Notes: generated by a model from the letters alone, not told the origin. A stretch of 64,000 nucleotides of DNA from Oleispira sp. (GCA_051278005.1 JBNMQK010000004.1:2945-66944), one strand, 5' to 3'. Shown: positions 1 to 10,521, counted from the first letter of the stretch. A program made the numbers and translations.

Positions 1-279
1 GTTTAATTTGTTAGTAATCTTTTCACCGGCAATTTTTTCAATACTTTTGATGTCTGTTTTTTGTTTGTCAGCAATGCTCTGATATCGGTTTTTACGTTTA
101 GCATTAACATCATTCATTAATACTTTTGCTTCAGTATTTCCTCTAGGTGTCATTTCTAAATAACCGCTGGCATTTTCTCCTAGCAAACCTTTGCTTTGAG
201 CTTCATCTAGGGTTAGTGCTAACGCAAGTTGGCTCATCATTAAAAGAGAGGCCGTTATAAATAAAGATTTTAAATTCAT
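1..279 (-). CDS. ydbL: YdbL family (DUF1318) periplasmic protein, 3' end runs off the window
   Basis: Not in ORF track. Manual translation from ATG at 279: MNLKSLFITASLLMMSQLALALTLDEAQSKGLLGENASGYL...VNAKRK..Y; signal peptide, AGGA SD, directly downstream of ynbE. Confidence 0.85.
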   Translation of the reverse strand, partial: MNLKSLFITASLLMMSQLALALTLDEAQSKGLLGENASGYLEMTPRGNTEAKVLMNDVNAKRKNRYQSIADKQKTDIKSIEKIAGEKITNKLN

Positions 280-344
280 GATGTTTTCCTTTTTCTAATA
301 TTTTTTGTATTGTTATCGTACTTTACTATTCGTTAGATGAGCAC

Positions 345-521
345 TTAAAAAAGATCGCTATCTTCACTGAATAAATCTTCGAGTTCTTTTTCGACTTTAA
401 TGCGAACTTCATGTTCAATTTTCACATTTAAATTAATAGTAATCGGCTTGTCGGGTGCAGCAACTTTTACAGTGCAGGCACTGGTTATTAATATTAGTGC
501 TAAGAGTGTGATCTTTTTCAT
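345..521 (-). CDS. ynbE: YnbE-like lipoprotein
   Basis: Start moved to MKKITLL; lipobox ITSAC; motif TVKVAAPDKPITINLNVKIEHEVRIKV; lies between ydbH and ydbL. Confidence 0.9.
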   Translation of the reverse strand: MKKITLLALILITSACTVKVAAPDKPITINLNVKIEHEVRIKVEKELEDLFSEDSDLF

Positions 522-585
522 AGTATGTTCCAGTGATTGATACGTTCTAATTTCTATTTTATTTAATTTAATAGTTACTTTTGCA

Positions 586-3429
586 TTATTGATACTTATT
601 CTCAAGCTTTTGCACAATATCATTACTGATGCGTAAACTTTCGAGCAAGTCGAGCAGGTTATAGTCTAGGTTTAAGTTAAAATGGGTTGCTTGGCCGTCA
701 AAAAAAGTCGGGTTATGTCCTTGAAACTGTAACCCTAGATTTAACGCGCCATCAGGCTGATAGGTGATATTTGTTTGCAGCTTGTTATAGCGAAAGTCAT
801 CTAAAACTTGCATGGCCAGTCCGACACTGGGGTCACTTTGTTTCAAACTATCAGCGGTTGATCCACGAAATTGAACAACGCCGCCAGGGGCTCTTGCATA
901 TAAGCTGCCTGCCGGTATTTGTGGCCCTTCAGGTAGCAATATGATTGGTAGTATACCGTCAAGCTCTCCACTTGCGGTTACACCTGATCCTGCTTCTAGG
1001 GCTGCAATTTGCGCGATTTTTAGGCCTTCTATTTCGATACCAAAAGCATTCACTTCTTGACTGCTATCAAAGCGAATTAAAGGAACATTAATACGGCCTC
1101 CTAATACATCTGTATGGACTTCTTCGATCACGATTAGCGCTTTAGAAAAATCAGATTGAATGGTTGTGGTGCTCCGAGCGAGTACATTGGCGATATTAAT
1201 TCCTGGATTAATGCTGAGCGCAGAGACCTGACTGTCGATGCGGAAGTCTGTATAAAAAGGACGGCGTATCGCAAGTTGCACATCGATATCTTCCCAGGTC
1301 GTTAATTCTTGATAGACTCCTGACATATCATCGATGCGCAGCATTAAGTCAGGCTGCCAGCGCCAAGCAAGACTGGAATCATCAAAGATATCCTTTTGGT
1401 ACTGTTGCCACTGTACCCAGCCTTGTGCTGATATGCTGCCCTCTAAAAGCTGAACTTGGGTTAGCTCAGTCATTTCTATCATGCCCATTTTCTGCCAGTC
1501 GAGTCTTAAGTTATTTAAATACAGTTGCGCGCTACCTTGCTGTAAATTGCTAAAATCATGCTGGGCTAATAAGGTTAAGTCCAGACTATTAGCTAAGCCC
1601 GATAAACTCATTGACGTATTTAATTGGGCCTGCTTAAAATCGAGTGAATTTAAGTTAAGTTTACCTTTAAATAGTAATGAAGGTACTGGCCATTGGTCCC
1701 AATGACTCGGATGATTTTTTATTTCCCAGTCACAGGTTAAAGGTAATTGTGATAGCGCTTGCTGACTTCTGAGCTGTGGAGAATATTGTGATTTGAGCCA
1801 GTCGAGATTACAGCTGAATTGTGCATTTTCCAGCTCTAATACTTCTTTTTTATGTTGCCACTTTAGTTGTTCAATAATGATGGAAAAATCTTTTGCTTGT
1901 AGGATTTCATTATCGATCCCTTCTATGAACCAATCGGGTAATAGTTTCCAATGTATCTCAGAAAGGTGTGCCTTAGGCTTATTCGCGAATAGAGTGTCTA
2001 AATAGTGGCTCTGATTATTAAGGCCATGGGGCAAACTCAATTGCCAATGCCAGCTATTATCGTTCTGTTGTCCTTGAACAATCATTTCGCCTTGGCTTTC
2101 ATTTTTAAATGTTGGCCATAATGAATTTTCCTGTTGCGTACTTAGATTGAGAGTCTGTTGACTCATAAATTGGCTAGCCTTGTTTATTTGGCTATTAAAT
2201 TCTCCGTCTAGCGTCAGTTCAGTTTTGTGTGTGAGTTGCGTGCCAGTCAATTGTTGTGCAAGCTGACCTTGCCATTGGCATCGGTGGCTCTCTTTCTCAA
2301 AGGCGCACGCTACAGAAATAGTTTCTTTTAGATACTGTTTAATTTTTAGGTTAATTGGCGCTAGAGAATTGAGTTCTCCGGCTAGATCAAACGTATCCAA
2401 ATTGAATTGCCATTGCTCTTTACGCTGGTGATCAATATCTGCCTTTAAATTAATGGCTAAGTCAGCATGTTCGATAATGTTTTCTTTTTTTGTAAGATCA
2501 AAAACATTAAAATCGCTTACCTTGATCTGTAATAAACCGTTAGCGGAGAGTTCCCTTAATACTTGTTGCTGACTGGTAATGGCTCTGGGTAATTGGAGTT
2601 CGAGATTCCAGGCTTGTATAGCGACTTTTGCCTTTAGGATATTGGCGTGGTCTTGTTGCTCTATAAGCGTTAGCCAAGATTGAACATCTGCACTTTGTTG
2701 CACACTGAAAATAGCATGTTGTGTCGGATCTTTGGGGAGTTGCCATTTGGCGTGTAAATTGAAAATAGGATTAGGTTGTTGTTCAATAAAAATAAGGCTT
2801 TTGATATTGCCTTCGCTATCGAGGGTAAATTGATGCGTGAGTTCTTTTGTTAAATGATGTGTTTGAATTGTATTGTTAATACTGAACTGCTGCTTATTAA
2901 AGGCGATTTGGCTATCAATAACTGCATGCGGATGAACGAGCTGAAATTGTTCGATTGTGACGTTATTAATCGGCAGTTGCTGAAAGATTGTTTCTAGACT
3001 CGGCAGTTCAAATGCGGGCGTCTTATTACTCGCAACCTCTCGCGGTGTGTTAAGGGCGAGGTTTTGGTTATCTGTTTTTTTATTATCAATGTTGTTATCA
3101 AAAGTACTGGGTAAAACCTCTATCCGAGCGCGCTTTACGGTGGCATCTTTCAATTGTCCTGACGCAATACCCCAAGGAGAAAAGGTGACTTCTATGTCTT
3201 GTAGGTTTATTTGACTATTGTGCGAGGGAAGGAAGAATTGAATCTGATCAATATGAAGTGAGTGCCAAGTTAATTGGCTAATGTTGGCTTGGCCTTGCTC
3301 AAAATCAACTTGGTCCATCGCCCAAGGAAGCAGGGAGTTAATTCCCTGCTTGGCCAGCGTCGGCAGATATAAAATAGATCCCGCTAATATAACAACACTG
3401 ATTAACAGTGCTTTAAGCCACAATTTCAT
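586..3429 (-). CDS. ydbH: YdbH family AsmA-like intermembrane lipid-transport protein
   Basis: 947 aa, N-terminal anchor, beta-rich body, C-terminal G.LDG.LP...GSLYAR.PGG...L.DFRY..L...G.NP...HFNLNL; operon with ynbE-ydbL. Confidence 0.85.
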   Translation of the reverse strand: MKLWLKALLISVVILAGSILYLPTLAKQGINSLLPWAMDQVDFEQGQANISQLTWHSLHIDQIQFFLPSHNSQINLQDIEVTFSPWGIASGQLKDATVKRARIEVLPSTFDNNIDNKKTDNQNLALNTPREVASNKTPAFELPSLETIFQQLPINNVTIEQFQLVHPHAVIDSQIAFNKQQFSINNTIQTHHLTKELTHQFTLDSEGNIKSLIFIEQQPNPIFNLHAKWQLPKDPTQHAIFSVQQSADVQSWLTLIEQQDHANILKAKVAIQAWNLELQLPRAITSQQQVLRELSANGLLQIKVSDFNVFDLTKKENIIEHADLAINLKADIDHQRKEQWQFNLDTFDLAGELNSLAPINLKIKQYLKETISVACAFEKESHRCQWQGQLAQQLTGTQLTHKTELTLDGEFNSQINKASQFMSQQTLNLSTQQENSLWPTFKNESQGEMIVQGQQNDNSWHWQLSLPHGLNNQSHYLDTLFANKPKAHLSEIHWKLLPDWFIEGIDNEILQAKDFSIIIEQLKWQHKKEVLELENAQFSCNLDWLKSQYSPQLRSQQALSQLPLTCDWEIKNHPSHWDQWPVPSLLFKGKLNLNSLDFKQAQLNTSMSLSGLANSLDLTLLAQHDFSNLQQGSAQLYLNNLRLDWQKMGMIEMTELTQVQLLEGSISAQGWVQWQQYQKDIFDDSSLAWRWQPDLMLRIDDMSGVYQELTTWEDIDVQLAIRRPFYTDFRIDSQVSALSINPGINIANVLARSTTTIQSDFSKALIVIEEVHTDVLGGRINVPLIRFDSSQEVNAFGIEIEGLKIAQIAALEAGSGVTASGELDGILPIILLPEGPQIPAGSLYARAPGGVVQFRGSTADSLKQSDPSVGLAMQVLDDFRYNKLQTNITYQPDGALNLGLQFQGHNPTFFDGQATHFNLNLDYNLLDLLESLRISNDIVQKLENKYQ

Positions 3430-3480
3430 TCTCTGCCTCGCTCCTTGCGCCTGTCAGGCTTACTTGTTAAATCTAAGGTA

Positions 3481-4191
3481 TTAAGACGCTTTAATCGTCT
3501 TAACACCTTCTTGTGTTGCAAGTAATAGAGTATCAGCAGGGCGTATAGCAAATAAGCCATTGGTGACCATACCGGTTAGCTGATTGACGTTTGCTTCTAA
3601 TAACTTAGGGGCAATACTAGCACCAGGCGCCATTTTAAAATGGTGTACATCTATAATTATATTGCCGTTATCAGTTACGAACCCTTTGCGTAATACAGGA
3701 TCGCCCCCTAGTTTAACCATTTCACGGGCAACATAGCTGCGCGCCATGGGAATGACTTCAACGGGCAGTGGGAATCTACCCATCACTTCAACCAGTTTGC
3801 TTTCATCAGCTACACAGACAAATTCTTTCGCCACGACCGCCACGATTTTTTCGCGGGTTAATGCACCACCGCCACCTTTGATCATCTCGAGTTGGTGGTT
3901 GATCTCATCGGCACCATCGACATAAAACTCAAGTTCAACGACTGAATTTAGATCATAAACCGGAATTCCATGGTTTTTTAAGCGTTCGGCGGTCGCTTCA
4001 GAGCTGGCAACCGCACCATCGAACAAGTGCTTAAACTTGGCTAGTGCATCAATAAAACAATTAGCCGTCGAACCCGTACCTACGCCGATAACAGAATCAA
4101 TCTCCAAGTGCGGTTTGATATACTCAGCGGCGGCTTTACCGACTGCAGCTTTTAATTGGTCTGAGGTTAATATATTCGCAGGTGATGACAT
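3481..4191 (-). CDS. rpiA: ribose-5-phosphate isomerase A
   Basis: [30 protein letters not shown] motifs; ATG at 4191 preferred over TTG at 4203. Confidence 0.97.
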   Translation of the reverse strand: MSSPANILTSDQLKAAVGKAAAEYIKPHLEIDSVIGVGTGSTANCFIDALAKFKHLFDGAVASSEATAERLKNHGIPVYDLNSVVELEFYVDGADEINHQLEMIKGGGGALTREKIVAVVAKEFVCVADESKLVEVMGRFPLPVEVIPMARSYVAREMVKLGGDPVLRKGFVTDNGNIIIDVHHFKMAPGASIAPKLLEANVNQLTGMVTNGLFAIRPADTLLLATQEGVKTIKAS

Positions 4192-4312
4192 TGTTGGACT
4201 CAAGTGGATTTGTTATATTGGGAGTTTATTGAAAAACTAATTGCGTACGCAAGCATTGTAAATCCTTATTCGTTACAATGCTTGTATTCATACATCAAAA
4301 AAAGTATAGATC

Positions 4313-5872
4313 ATGACTGCTCGTGCTCCTGTTAATGGCAATCCCAAGTTATTAGACCGTTATATCAAAAAGATTCTCTCGGCTAATATTTATGACGTAG
4401 CCATTGAATCTCCTTTGCATATTGCTCCTTTTTTATCTGAACGTATGGGTAATAATATTTGGGTAAAACGAGAAGACAAGCAGCCGGTATACTCGTTTAA
4501 GATTCGTGGTGCCTATAACAAGGTTGTTCAGCTTACTGATAAAGAGAAAGCAGCGGGTGTTGTCGCGGCTTCTGCGGGCAACCATGCTCAAGGTCTGGCA
4601 TTAGCGTCGAGAGAATTGGGTATTAAGGCAACCATAGTGATGCCTTTGACTACCCCAGAAATTAAAGTAAAGTCTTGCAAGGCCTTTGGTGCAAAAGTGA
4701 TTCTGCACGGAGATACTTTTGATGAAGCCTTTGCGTATTCACAAAACCTGGTTGAGGAGAAGGGTTTTACTTATATCCATCCCTATGACGATCCAGAGGT
4801 AATTGCAGGCCAAGGTACGATTGGTATGGAAATACTACGTCAGCTTAGCGGTCCTATTGATGCTATTTTTGTTCCTGTTGGCGGCGGTGGCATCATCGCG
4901 GGTATCGCCGCTTATGTTAAGTTTTTGCGACCTGAGATTAAGATCATCGGGGTTGAATCAACAGAATCTGCTTGTCTGCAGGCTGCTTTAGCCGCGGGCC
5001 GTCGTGTCACTTTACCTAGTGTCGGTATTTTTGCTGATGGTGTGGCGGTTGCTCAGATTGGTAAAAATACGTGGGATATCGCCCGTCATTATGTTGAAGA
5101 AGTGATTACTTGCACACCGGACGAGATATGCGCTGCGATTAAAGATATTTTTGATGATACCCGTGCGGTCTGCGAACCTGCCGGTGCTCTAAGTGTTGCT
5201 GGTATGAAAAAATACGTTGAGCGCGAAGGTATTAAAGGGGCGAACCTAGTGACGATTATGTGTGGTGCGAATGTCAATTTTGATCGTTTGCGCTATATTT
5301 CAGAAGTCGCAGAAATAGGTGAGGGTCGTGAAGCTATTCTCGCGGTTACTATTCCTGAGCGTGCTGGAAGCTTCCAGCAGTTTTGTAGCTTATTAGGTAA
5401 ACGTACGATTACTGAATTTAATTATCGTTATCGTGATGATAAGTCGGCACAAATTTATGTGGGCGTTAAAGTGGGCGCGGAAAAGGATGCTCGTCAAAAA
5501 TTATTGGCAGAGCTAGACGCCAAGGCTTATCCGGTACTCGATTTAACCGAAGACGAAATTTCTAAATACCACATCCGCCATATGGTGGGTGGCCATGCGC
5601 CTGATTCGGTGAACGACGAACTTCTCTATCGTTTTGAGTTTCCAGAGCGTCCAGGGGCCTTGTTACAGTTCTTAAAAGCCTTAGGTAAGAAATTTAATAT
5701 TTCGCTGTTCCACTATCGTAACCACGGCGCGGCAAATGGTCGAGTATTAGTGGGTCTGCAAGTGCCTAAAGATAAGAACCAACAGAAAGAAGTAGAAAAT
5801 TACTTAAAAGAGTTGAATTATAACTATTGGAATGAAACGGAAAACCCGGCTTATCAATTGTTTTTACGTTAA
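4313..5872 (+). CDS. ilvA: threonine ammonia-lyase, biosynthetic
   Basis: SFKIRGA PLP lysine, SAGNHAQG, PVGGGG, two C-terminal ACT-like repeats (IPERAGS, FPERPGAL). Confidence 0.97.
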   Translation: MTARAPVNGNPKLLDRYIKKILSANIYDVAIESPLHIAPFLSERMGNNIWVKREDKQPVYSFKIRGAYNKVVQLTDKEKAAGVVAASAGNHAQGLALASRELGIKATIVMPLTTPEIKVKSCKAFGAKVILHGDTFDEAFAYSQNLVEEKGFTYIHPYDDPEVIAGQGTIGMEILRQLSGPIDAIFVPVGGGGIIAGIAAYVKFLRPEIKIIGVESTESACLQAALAAGRRVTLPSVGIFADGVAVAQIGKNTWDIARHYVEEVITCTPDEICAAIKDIFDDTRAVCEPAGALSVAGMKKYVEREGIKGANLVTIMCGANVNFDRLRYISEVAEIGEGREAILAVTIPERAGSFQQFCSLLGKRTITEFNYRYRDDKSAQIYVGVKVGAEKDARQKLLAELDAKAYPVLDLTEDEISKYHIRHMVGGHAPDSVNDELLYRFEFPERPGALLQFLKALGKKFNISLFHYRNHGAANGRVLVGLQVPKDKNQQKEVENYLKELNYNYWNETENPAYQLFLR

Positions 5873-5878
5873 TGGAAC

Positions 5879-5913
5879 AAAAAAGGCTAACGGATTTCAG
5901 TTAGCCTTTTTTT
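5879..5913. terminator. bidirectional intrinsic terminator
   Basis: A-tract, GGCTAAC-loop-GTTAGCC, T-tract between convergent genes. Confidence 0.85.
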
Positions 5914-5934
5914 AGTCTTAGCGATACTTCAATC

Positions 5935-6156
5935 TTAGCTGCTAGTCATCTTTTCGTAACCGCTTTTTAATTTTTCAGTACAGGCTTTTCTAGCGTCTTC
6001 ATCTGACATTGTCTTTTTATAATCTTCTAAGCACGTCTGGTATAAAGGCTGGGCTTCTTTTAATAAATCTTTATTTAAAAGATCTTTTGACATCCCTGTA
6101 TTTGCGCAGGCTGTCGTGGCCATTATGATAATCAAGGTAGAAAGTATTTTTAACAT
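5935..6156 (-). CDS. small hypothetical lipoprotein
   Basis: 73 aa, signal peptide with ATTAC lipobox, two further Cys. Confidence 0.7.
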   Translation of the reverse strand: MLKILSTLIIIMATTACANTGMSKDLLNKDLLKEAQPLYQTCLEDYKKTMSDEDARKACTEKLKSGYEKMTSS

Positions 6157-6287
6157 GGTGTGTCCGTGATGTTATTAATTAATTTTTATCATTCTAGAAT
6201 TATTTGATTCATGAAGATAGCTTGCGATACGAAAATACTCTGTTTTTATAGAAATTTACATTGTTTGATAAGCCGGTGCGCCATCTT

Positions 6288-6842
6288 TCAATCGGCTTTC
6301 TTTTTATTCTGGTTTCTTAACAGAACATAAAAAGCACCCGTACCGCCATCTTTTGGCTGAGCGGTATGGTAAGCCAAAACGTCGGGTAACTGGGGTAGCC
6401 AGTGAATAAGATAGCTTTTCAGTAACGCAGGATCTTCGATGTTGCGATCTCCCTTACCGGGCAGAATCAAGACAGTACGCAGGTCGTATTTAATACAATC
6501 GTTTAAAAAGCTAAAAACCACGTCTCTAGCCTTGTCTATGTTCATTCTGTGTAGGTCTAAACGTGCGTCAACGGGGTTCTTGCCTTGGCGTAATCGTCGA
6601 AAAATATTATCTTGTATTCCATGACAGCGATAGCCTAGTTCATCGTGTGGCTGTACGCGTTCGACGGCATAATGTTGCAGGTGATTCAAATCGGTACTTA
6701 TTTGTTCTTGGGTCGCCGCTTTTTGACGAAGCTTTTGTGCTTCGGTCGCTTTATGCGGTTGTATCAAGTTGGCCTTTTGAACCTGTTTAATCTTTTTAAT
6801 TCCCTGCATTTCTTGCAGGAAGAACTCATCATCGTCTTTCAT
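6288..6842 (-). CDS. smrA: Smr-domain endonuclease (SmrA-like)
   Basis: LDLH...GKG...DGGTGAFYVLL Smr motifs; N-terminal F.QEM.GIK.IK. Confidence 0.9.
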   Translation of the reverse strand: MKDDDEFFLQEMQGIKKIKQVQKANLIQPHKATEAQKLRQKAATQEQISTDLNHLQHYAVERVQPHDELGYRCHGIQDNIFRRLRQGKNPVDARLDLHRMNIDKARDVVFSFLNDCIKYDLRTVLILPGKGDRNIEDPALLKSYLIHWLPQLPDVLAYHTAQPKDGGTGAFYVLLRNQNKKKAD

Positions 6843-7021
6843 ATCTGTTTAATCGGGATCTTGCGATGGAATAAAGTCTGAGTATAACATCTTGTTAATT
6901 GACTCGAACAAAATGACGTTTCTTTACTACTTTTTAAAATATTGTAAGCAACAAACATCTATATCGCCTGTCTATACGTATCTACTGTAGAGAAAACAAA
7001 TAAAAAATAAAAGGTTCGATT

Positions 7022-7594
7022 ATGAAACAGTTAATGATTGCAGTAATGCTATCAATTGGCATTGGCTCTGTTGCAATGTCGGTGGGCGGTGAGCATGGCC
7101 AGCGTTTAGCTTGGGATCAGTTAGACCTTACCGATCAGCAAGCTTTACAAGTGCAGGCTATTCGCAAGACCTATCGAGAAGATTTTCAGCGTATGCGAAA
7201 GTATGACATTGAGGCACTAGACAAAAAGCGTCAACTGTTAGTACTTCGTGATGCTATGGTCGCTAATATTGAGCAGGTACTTTCTGCCCAGCAGAAGGCG
7301 CAAGCGGGTATTATGATGGTTGAGCAGGCAGAAAAACGAATAAGTCAGCGTTTAAACTTATTAGCAGGTAAGTTGGATTTAACCTCTAAGCAGCAAGTTA
7401 CCATGCGTTCATTGGTGAGTACTAACTTAGTCCACAGCCCTAGGCGAAACCTAGCGGGAAGCATGACCTTGATTAATCACAGCCAATATATGATTGATCA
7501 AATCGATCAGTTTATGCCTAATATATTATCCTCAGTTCAGCTTGTGGAGTGGCAAAAGATCAAGAATAAGCACCGGGAATATCTGGCGTCATAG
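7022..7594 (+). CDS. Spy/CpxP-like periplasmic helical protein
   Basis: Signal peptide; LTxxQ-like motifs LDLTDQQ, VLSAQQ, LDLTSKQ, ILSSVQ. Confidence 0.6.
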   Translation: MKQLMIAVMLSIGIGSVAMSVGGEHGQRLAWDQLDLTDQQALQVQAIRKTYREDFQRMRKYDIEALDKKRQLLVLRDAMVANIEQVLSAQQKAQAGIMMVEQAEKRISQRLNLLAGKLDLTSKQQVTMRSLVSTNLVHSPRRNLAGSMTLINHSQYMIDQIDQFMPNILSSVQLVEWQKIKNKHREYLAS

Positions 7595-7649
7595 AATTCT
7601 TTGTAAAACAAATACTGTCACCTTTGGAATAATCGACCAAATTAATTAC

Positions 7650-7665
7650 TAGACCAATCAGTCAG
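7650..7665. promoter_or_regulatory. candidate RutR-like (TetR) operator
   Basis: TAGACCAATCAGTCAG matches TTGACCAnnTGGTCAA at 10 of 14 positions, upstream of a nucleobase permease. Confidence 0.4.
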
Positions 7666-7709
7666 ATTATTGATATGTTTTGGTGGTAAATAAATTTGAA
7701 GAATTCAAA

Positions 7710-9095
7710 ATGACAGATAAAAACTCAGAATTACTGTACGGACTGCATGACAGACCGCCTGTCCCAGCGGCTATTGTTGCAGCGTTACAGCACATGTTGG
7801 CAAGTTTTGTGGGTATTATTACGCCGACTCTGATTATTGGTGGGGTGTTGGGTCTAGGTGCTGAAATACCTTATCTCATTAGTATGGCCCTCATTGTTTC
7901 TGGTGTGGGTACTTTTATTCAGGCCAAAAAAGTGGGCCCTATCGGTTCAGGCATGGTGGCATTACAAGGTACCAGTTTTGCTTTTTTAGGTTCAATCTTG
8001 GCGGCAGGCTTTATTGCGAAAGCAAAAGGCGGTGGCCCTGATGAGATATTAAGTTTGATTTTTGGTGTGTGCTTTTTGGGTGCCTTTATTGAAATATTTT
8101 TAAGCCAATTTTTACACAAACTAAAAACAGTTATTAATCCTCTTGTTACTGGCATTGTCATTACCACTATCGGATTTTATTTAATCAAGGTCGGTATGAC
8201 CGATCTTGCGGGTGGCTATAAAGCCACCGATTTTGGAAGCTTAGAAAACCTAGCATTAGGGGGCGGGGTTTTACTCTTAATTATTATCTTAAATCAAAGT
8301 AAAAATCCGATAATAAGAGCGGGTGCAATTTTCTTTGGTATGGCGGCCGGTATGATCGCTGCTTATTGGTTGGGTAAAGTTGATTTTTCTAAGCTTGCGA
8401 CAATGGATTGGTTCGCACTTCCTATACCCTTTAAATATGGATTCTCTTTTGATATACAGGCTTTTATCCCTGTTGCACTTATTTATTTAGTGACTGTCAT
8501 TGAATCAGCCGGCGATTTAACGGCAACGTCGATGGTTTCTAAACAGCCTATTTCTGGTCCTATTTATGATGAACGCATTAAAGGCGGTGTTCTAGCAGAT
8601 GGTGTGAACTCTATGATAGCGGCCATTTTTAATACTTTTCCAAATACTACTTTTAGTCAGAATAATGGAGTAATTCAACTAACAGGAATCGCTAGCCGAT
8701 ACGTCGCATTTTGGGTTGCGGGTCTGTTAATTATTTTGGGTTTGTTTCCTGTTATCGGGGGAATTTTTCAGCAGTTGCCTAAGCCAGTTCTTGGGGGCGC
8801 TACACTTGTTATGTTTGGTACGATTGCTGCTGCCGGTATTCGAATCCTTGCAACGCTCGATTTAGACCGCCGCACCATGCTAATTATGGCCGTATCATTT
8901 GGCCTAGGATTGGGTGTGGCAATGGTGCCTGATTTATTAGAAGAAATGCCTAAAATGGTTAAGAATATTTTTGGTTCAGCGGTAACGATGGCAGGGCTTT
9001 CAGCAATTATTTTGAATACGTTGTTGCCTCGAATGGATACTAACGACGTTAAAGGTCATTCTGTTAGCGAATCATCCGCTGCAGAACTGAAATAG
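7710..9095 (+). CDS. NCS2 xanthine/uracil permease
   Basis: ALQH, signature PNTTFSQNNGVIQLTG, PKPVLGG; start at MTDKN. Confidence 0.93.
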   Translation: MTDKNSELLYGLHDRPPVPAAIVAALQHMLASFVGIITPTLIIGGVLGLGAEIPYLISMALIVSGVGTFIQAKKVGPIGSGMVALQGTSFAFLGSILAAGFIAKAKGGGPDEILSLIFGVCFLGAFIEIFLSQFLHKLKTVINPLVTGIVITTIGFYLIKVGMTDLAGGYKATDFGSLENLALGGGVLLLIIILNQSKNPIIRAGAIFFGMAAGMIAAYWLGKVDFSKLATMDWFALPIPFKYGFSFDIQAFIPVALIYLVTVIESAGDLTATSMVSKQPISGPIYDERIKGGVLADGVNSMIAAIFNTFPNTTFSQNNGVIQLTGIASRYVAFWVAGLLIILGLFPVIGGIFQQLPKPVLGGATLVMFGTIAAAGIRILATLDLDRRTMLIMAVSFGLGLGVAMVPDLLEEMPKMVKNIFGSAVTMAGLSAIILNTLLPRMDTNDVKGHSVSESSAAELK

Positions 9096-9124
9096 CGATT
9101 GGCTACTAATTAGATTAGAGTCAT

Positions 9125-9547
9125 CTAGTTAAACGTTAATTGGGCGAGCGTGATCAAAACAGCATAGCGTGTGCCCTTGCCAATCGTGACGAGTAAAACG
9201 AATAATTTAAAATTAGTTTTTGCCAGACCTGCGACTAAAGTAATAGGATCTCCAACAATGGGCAGCCAAGCTAATAATAAACTCCACACACCATAGCGAT
9301 TATACAATTTCTGTCCTTGGCGCCATGAGCGAGCATTCTGATACTTATTGGTTATATATCCACTTGCCCAATATCCGATCACATAGTTAATGCAGCTGCC
9401 CAGCACATTGCCACAGGTGGCTATTAGCCACAGTAACCCGATAGCATGGCCTTGCTCTAACAGCGCAATCAGTACGATTTCTGATCCCATCGGAAAAAGT
9501 GTTGCGGCGATTAATGCACTAAAAAACAATCCAATTAATGCCATCAA
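9125..9547 (-). CDS. YqaA/DedA (VTT) membrane protein
   Basis: AATLFPMGSE, GNVLGS.INY, WLPIVGDPITLVAG, GKG.RY. Confidence 0.9.
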   Translation of the reverse strand: MMALIGLFFSALIAATLFPMGSEIVLIALLEQGHAIGLLWLIATCGNVLGSCINYVIGYWASGYITNKYQNARSWRQGQKLYNRYGVWSLLLAWLPIVGDPITLVAGLAKTNFKLFVLLVTIGKGTRYAVLITLAQLTFN

Positions 9548-9675
9548 TTTTTAGACATCCCTATCATTGCCTTTATTATAAAAGCCAAGTGTCATATGGG
9601 GTACATACTCACTTGTGTCTTGTTCTTTATTTCAATAGTCCAAAAACCATAGTAGTTAATACCTTCATGCCATTC

Positions 9676-9710
9676 AAAAAAGTCACGCAGCTCTGTTGGC
9701 TGCGTGACTT
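9676..9710 (-). terminator. intrinsic terminator after DUF481 gene
   Basis: AAGTCACGCAGC-loop-GCTGCGTGACTT with U-tract on the minus strand. Confidence 0.8.
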
Positions 9711-9744
9711 CTTCATCTAAGAATAGATCATTCATTTTAAGCGA

Positions 9745-10521
9745 TTAAAAACTATAAACGAGAGTCACGCCGACCAGAGAATCTGTCTTCTTTTTGTCTT
9801 CTGGTACTTCTGTCGTATGCTTCACTTGATAATTAATTTTCATGGCTAGCTGGCCAATCAATGTGCTTTGTATGCCCATGTCTGACTTATATACGATTTT
9901 TGAATCGCCGCCTTCAACGGTAAATTTCTCGGTGAACTTAGCGCTTTCACCGATGTTTACTAACAGATTTAAGCTTGCACGTGCAATTGCCTCTTCTTCT
10001 ATTTTATTACCACCTTCATTGCGTTCTTCTAATGCACTGCGTCGGTAACCTGGACCAACTTCCAAATCTAATTCTCCTTGTTCATCAGCCCAGGCGTGGT
10101 AACCATAACCAACCGACAAACTGCTTTGGTATTGATAACCATTAAAGCGATCATCTTCGTACGCTAATACTGACGCAACATAACTACGTTCTCCAAGAGA
10201 GTAATCATGTTCTATTTCAGCATTATATCTTTCTTTTGATGAGTCACCATCTTCTTCACTGGTCAGTACTTCTAAATTGAGTGACGTAGTAACAGGCTCT
10301 AATTGACGCTCAAGGTTGAACTTGCCATTAAAACTCTGAGTATCGCTATTACCGCTGGTTTGAATAAAACCTAGCTCTGCATTACCCGACCAAGCTGTGT
10401 CTGCTGGTGCTTCAGTGGTTTCTGAATCTGTATTGGGCGTATCGATATCCTCTGCTTGGCTGAGACTTGGCAATAATAATAAACCGGTAAATAAACTAGA
10501 AGATAGTAATGTTTTTTTCAT
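9745..10521 (-). CDS. DUF481 (YdiY-like) outer-membrane beta-barrel
   Basis: Signal peptide, W.G.AELG...SGNSDT, GYGY, GPGYR, C-terminal YSF. Confidence 0.88.
   Translation of the reverse strand: MKKTLLSSSLFTGLLLLPSLSQAEDIDTPNTDSETTEAPADTAWSGNAELGFIQTSGNSDTQSFNGKFNLERQLEPVTTSLNLEVLTSEEDGDSSKERYNAEIEHDYSLGERSYVASVLAYEDDRFNGYQYQSSLSVGYGYHAWADEQGELDLEVGPGYRRSALEERNEGGNKIEEEAIARASLNLLVNIGESAKFTEKFTVEGGDSKIVYKSDMGIQSTLIGQLAMKINYQVKHTTEVPEDKKKTDSLVGVTLVYSF

Noticed and set aside
1-3429. ydbH-ynbE-ydbL as a novel envelope system
   Set aside because: Already described in E. coli as an intermembrane lipid-transport bridge; the arrangement here is canonical
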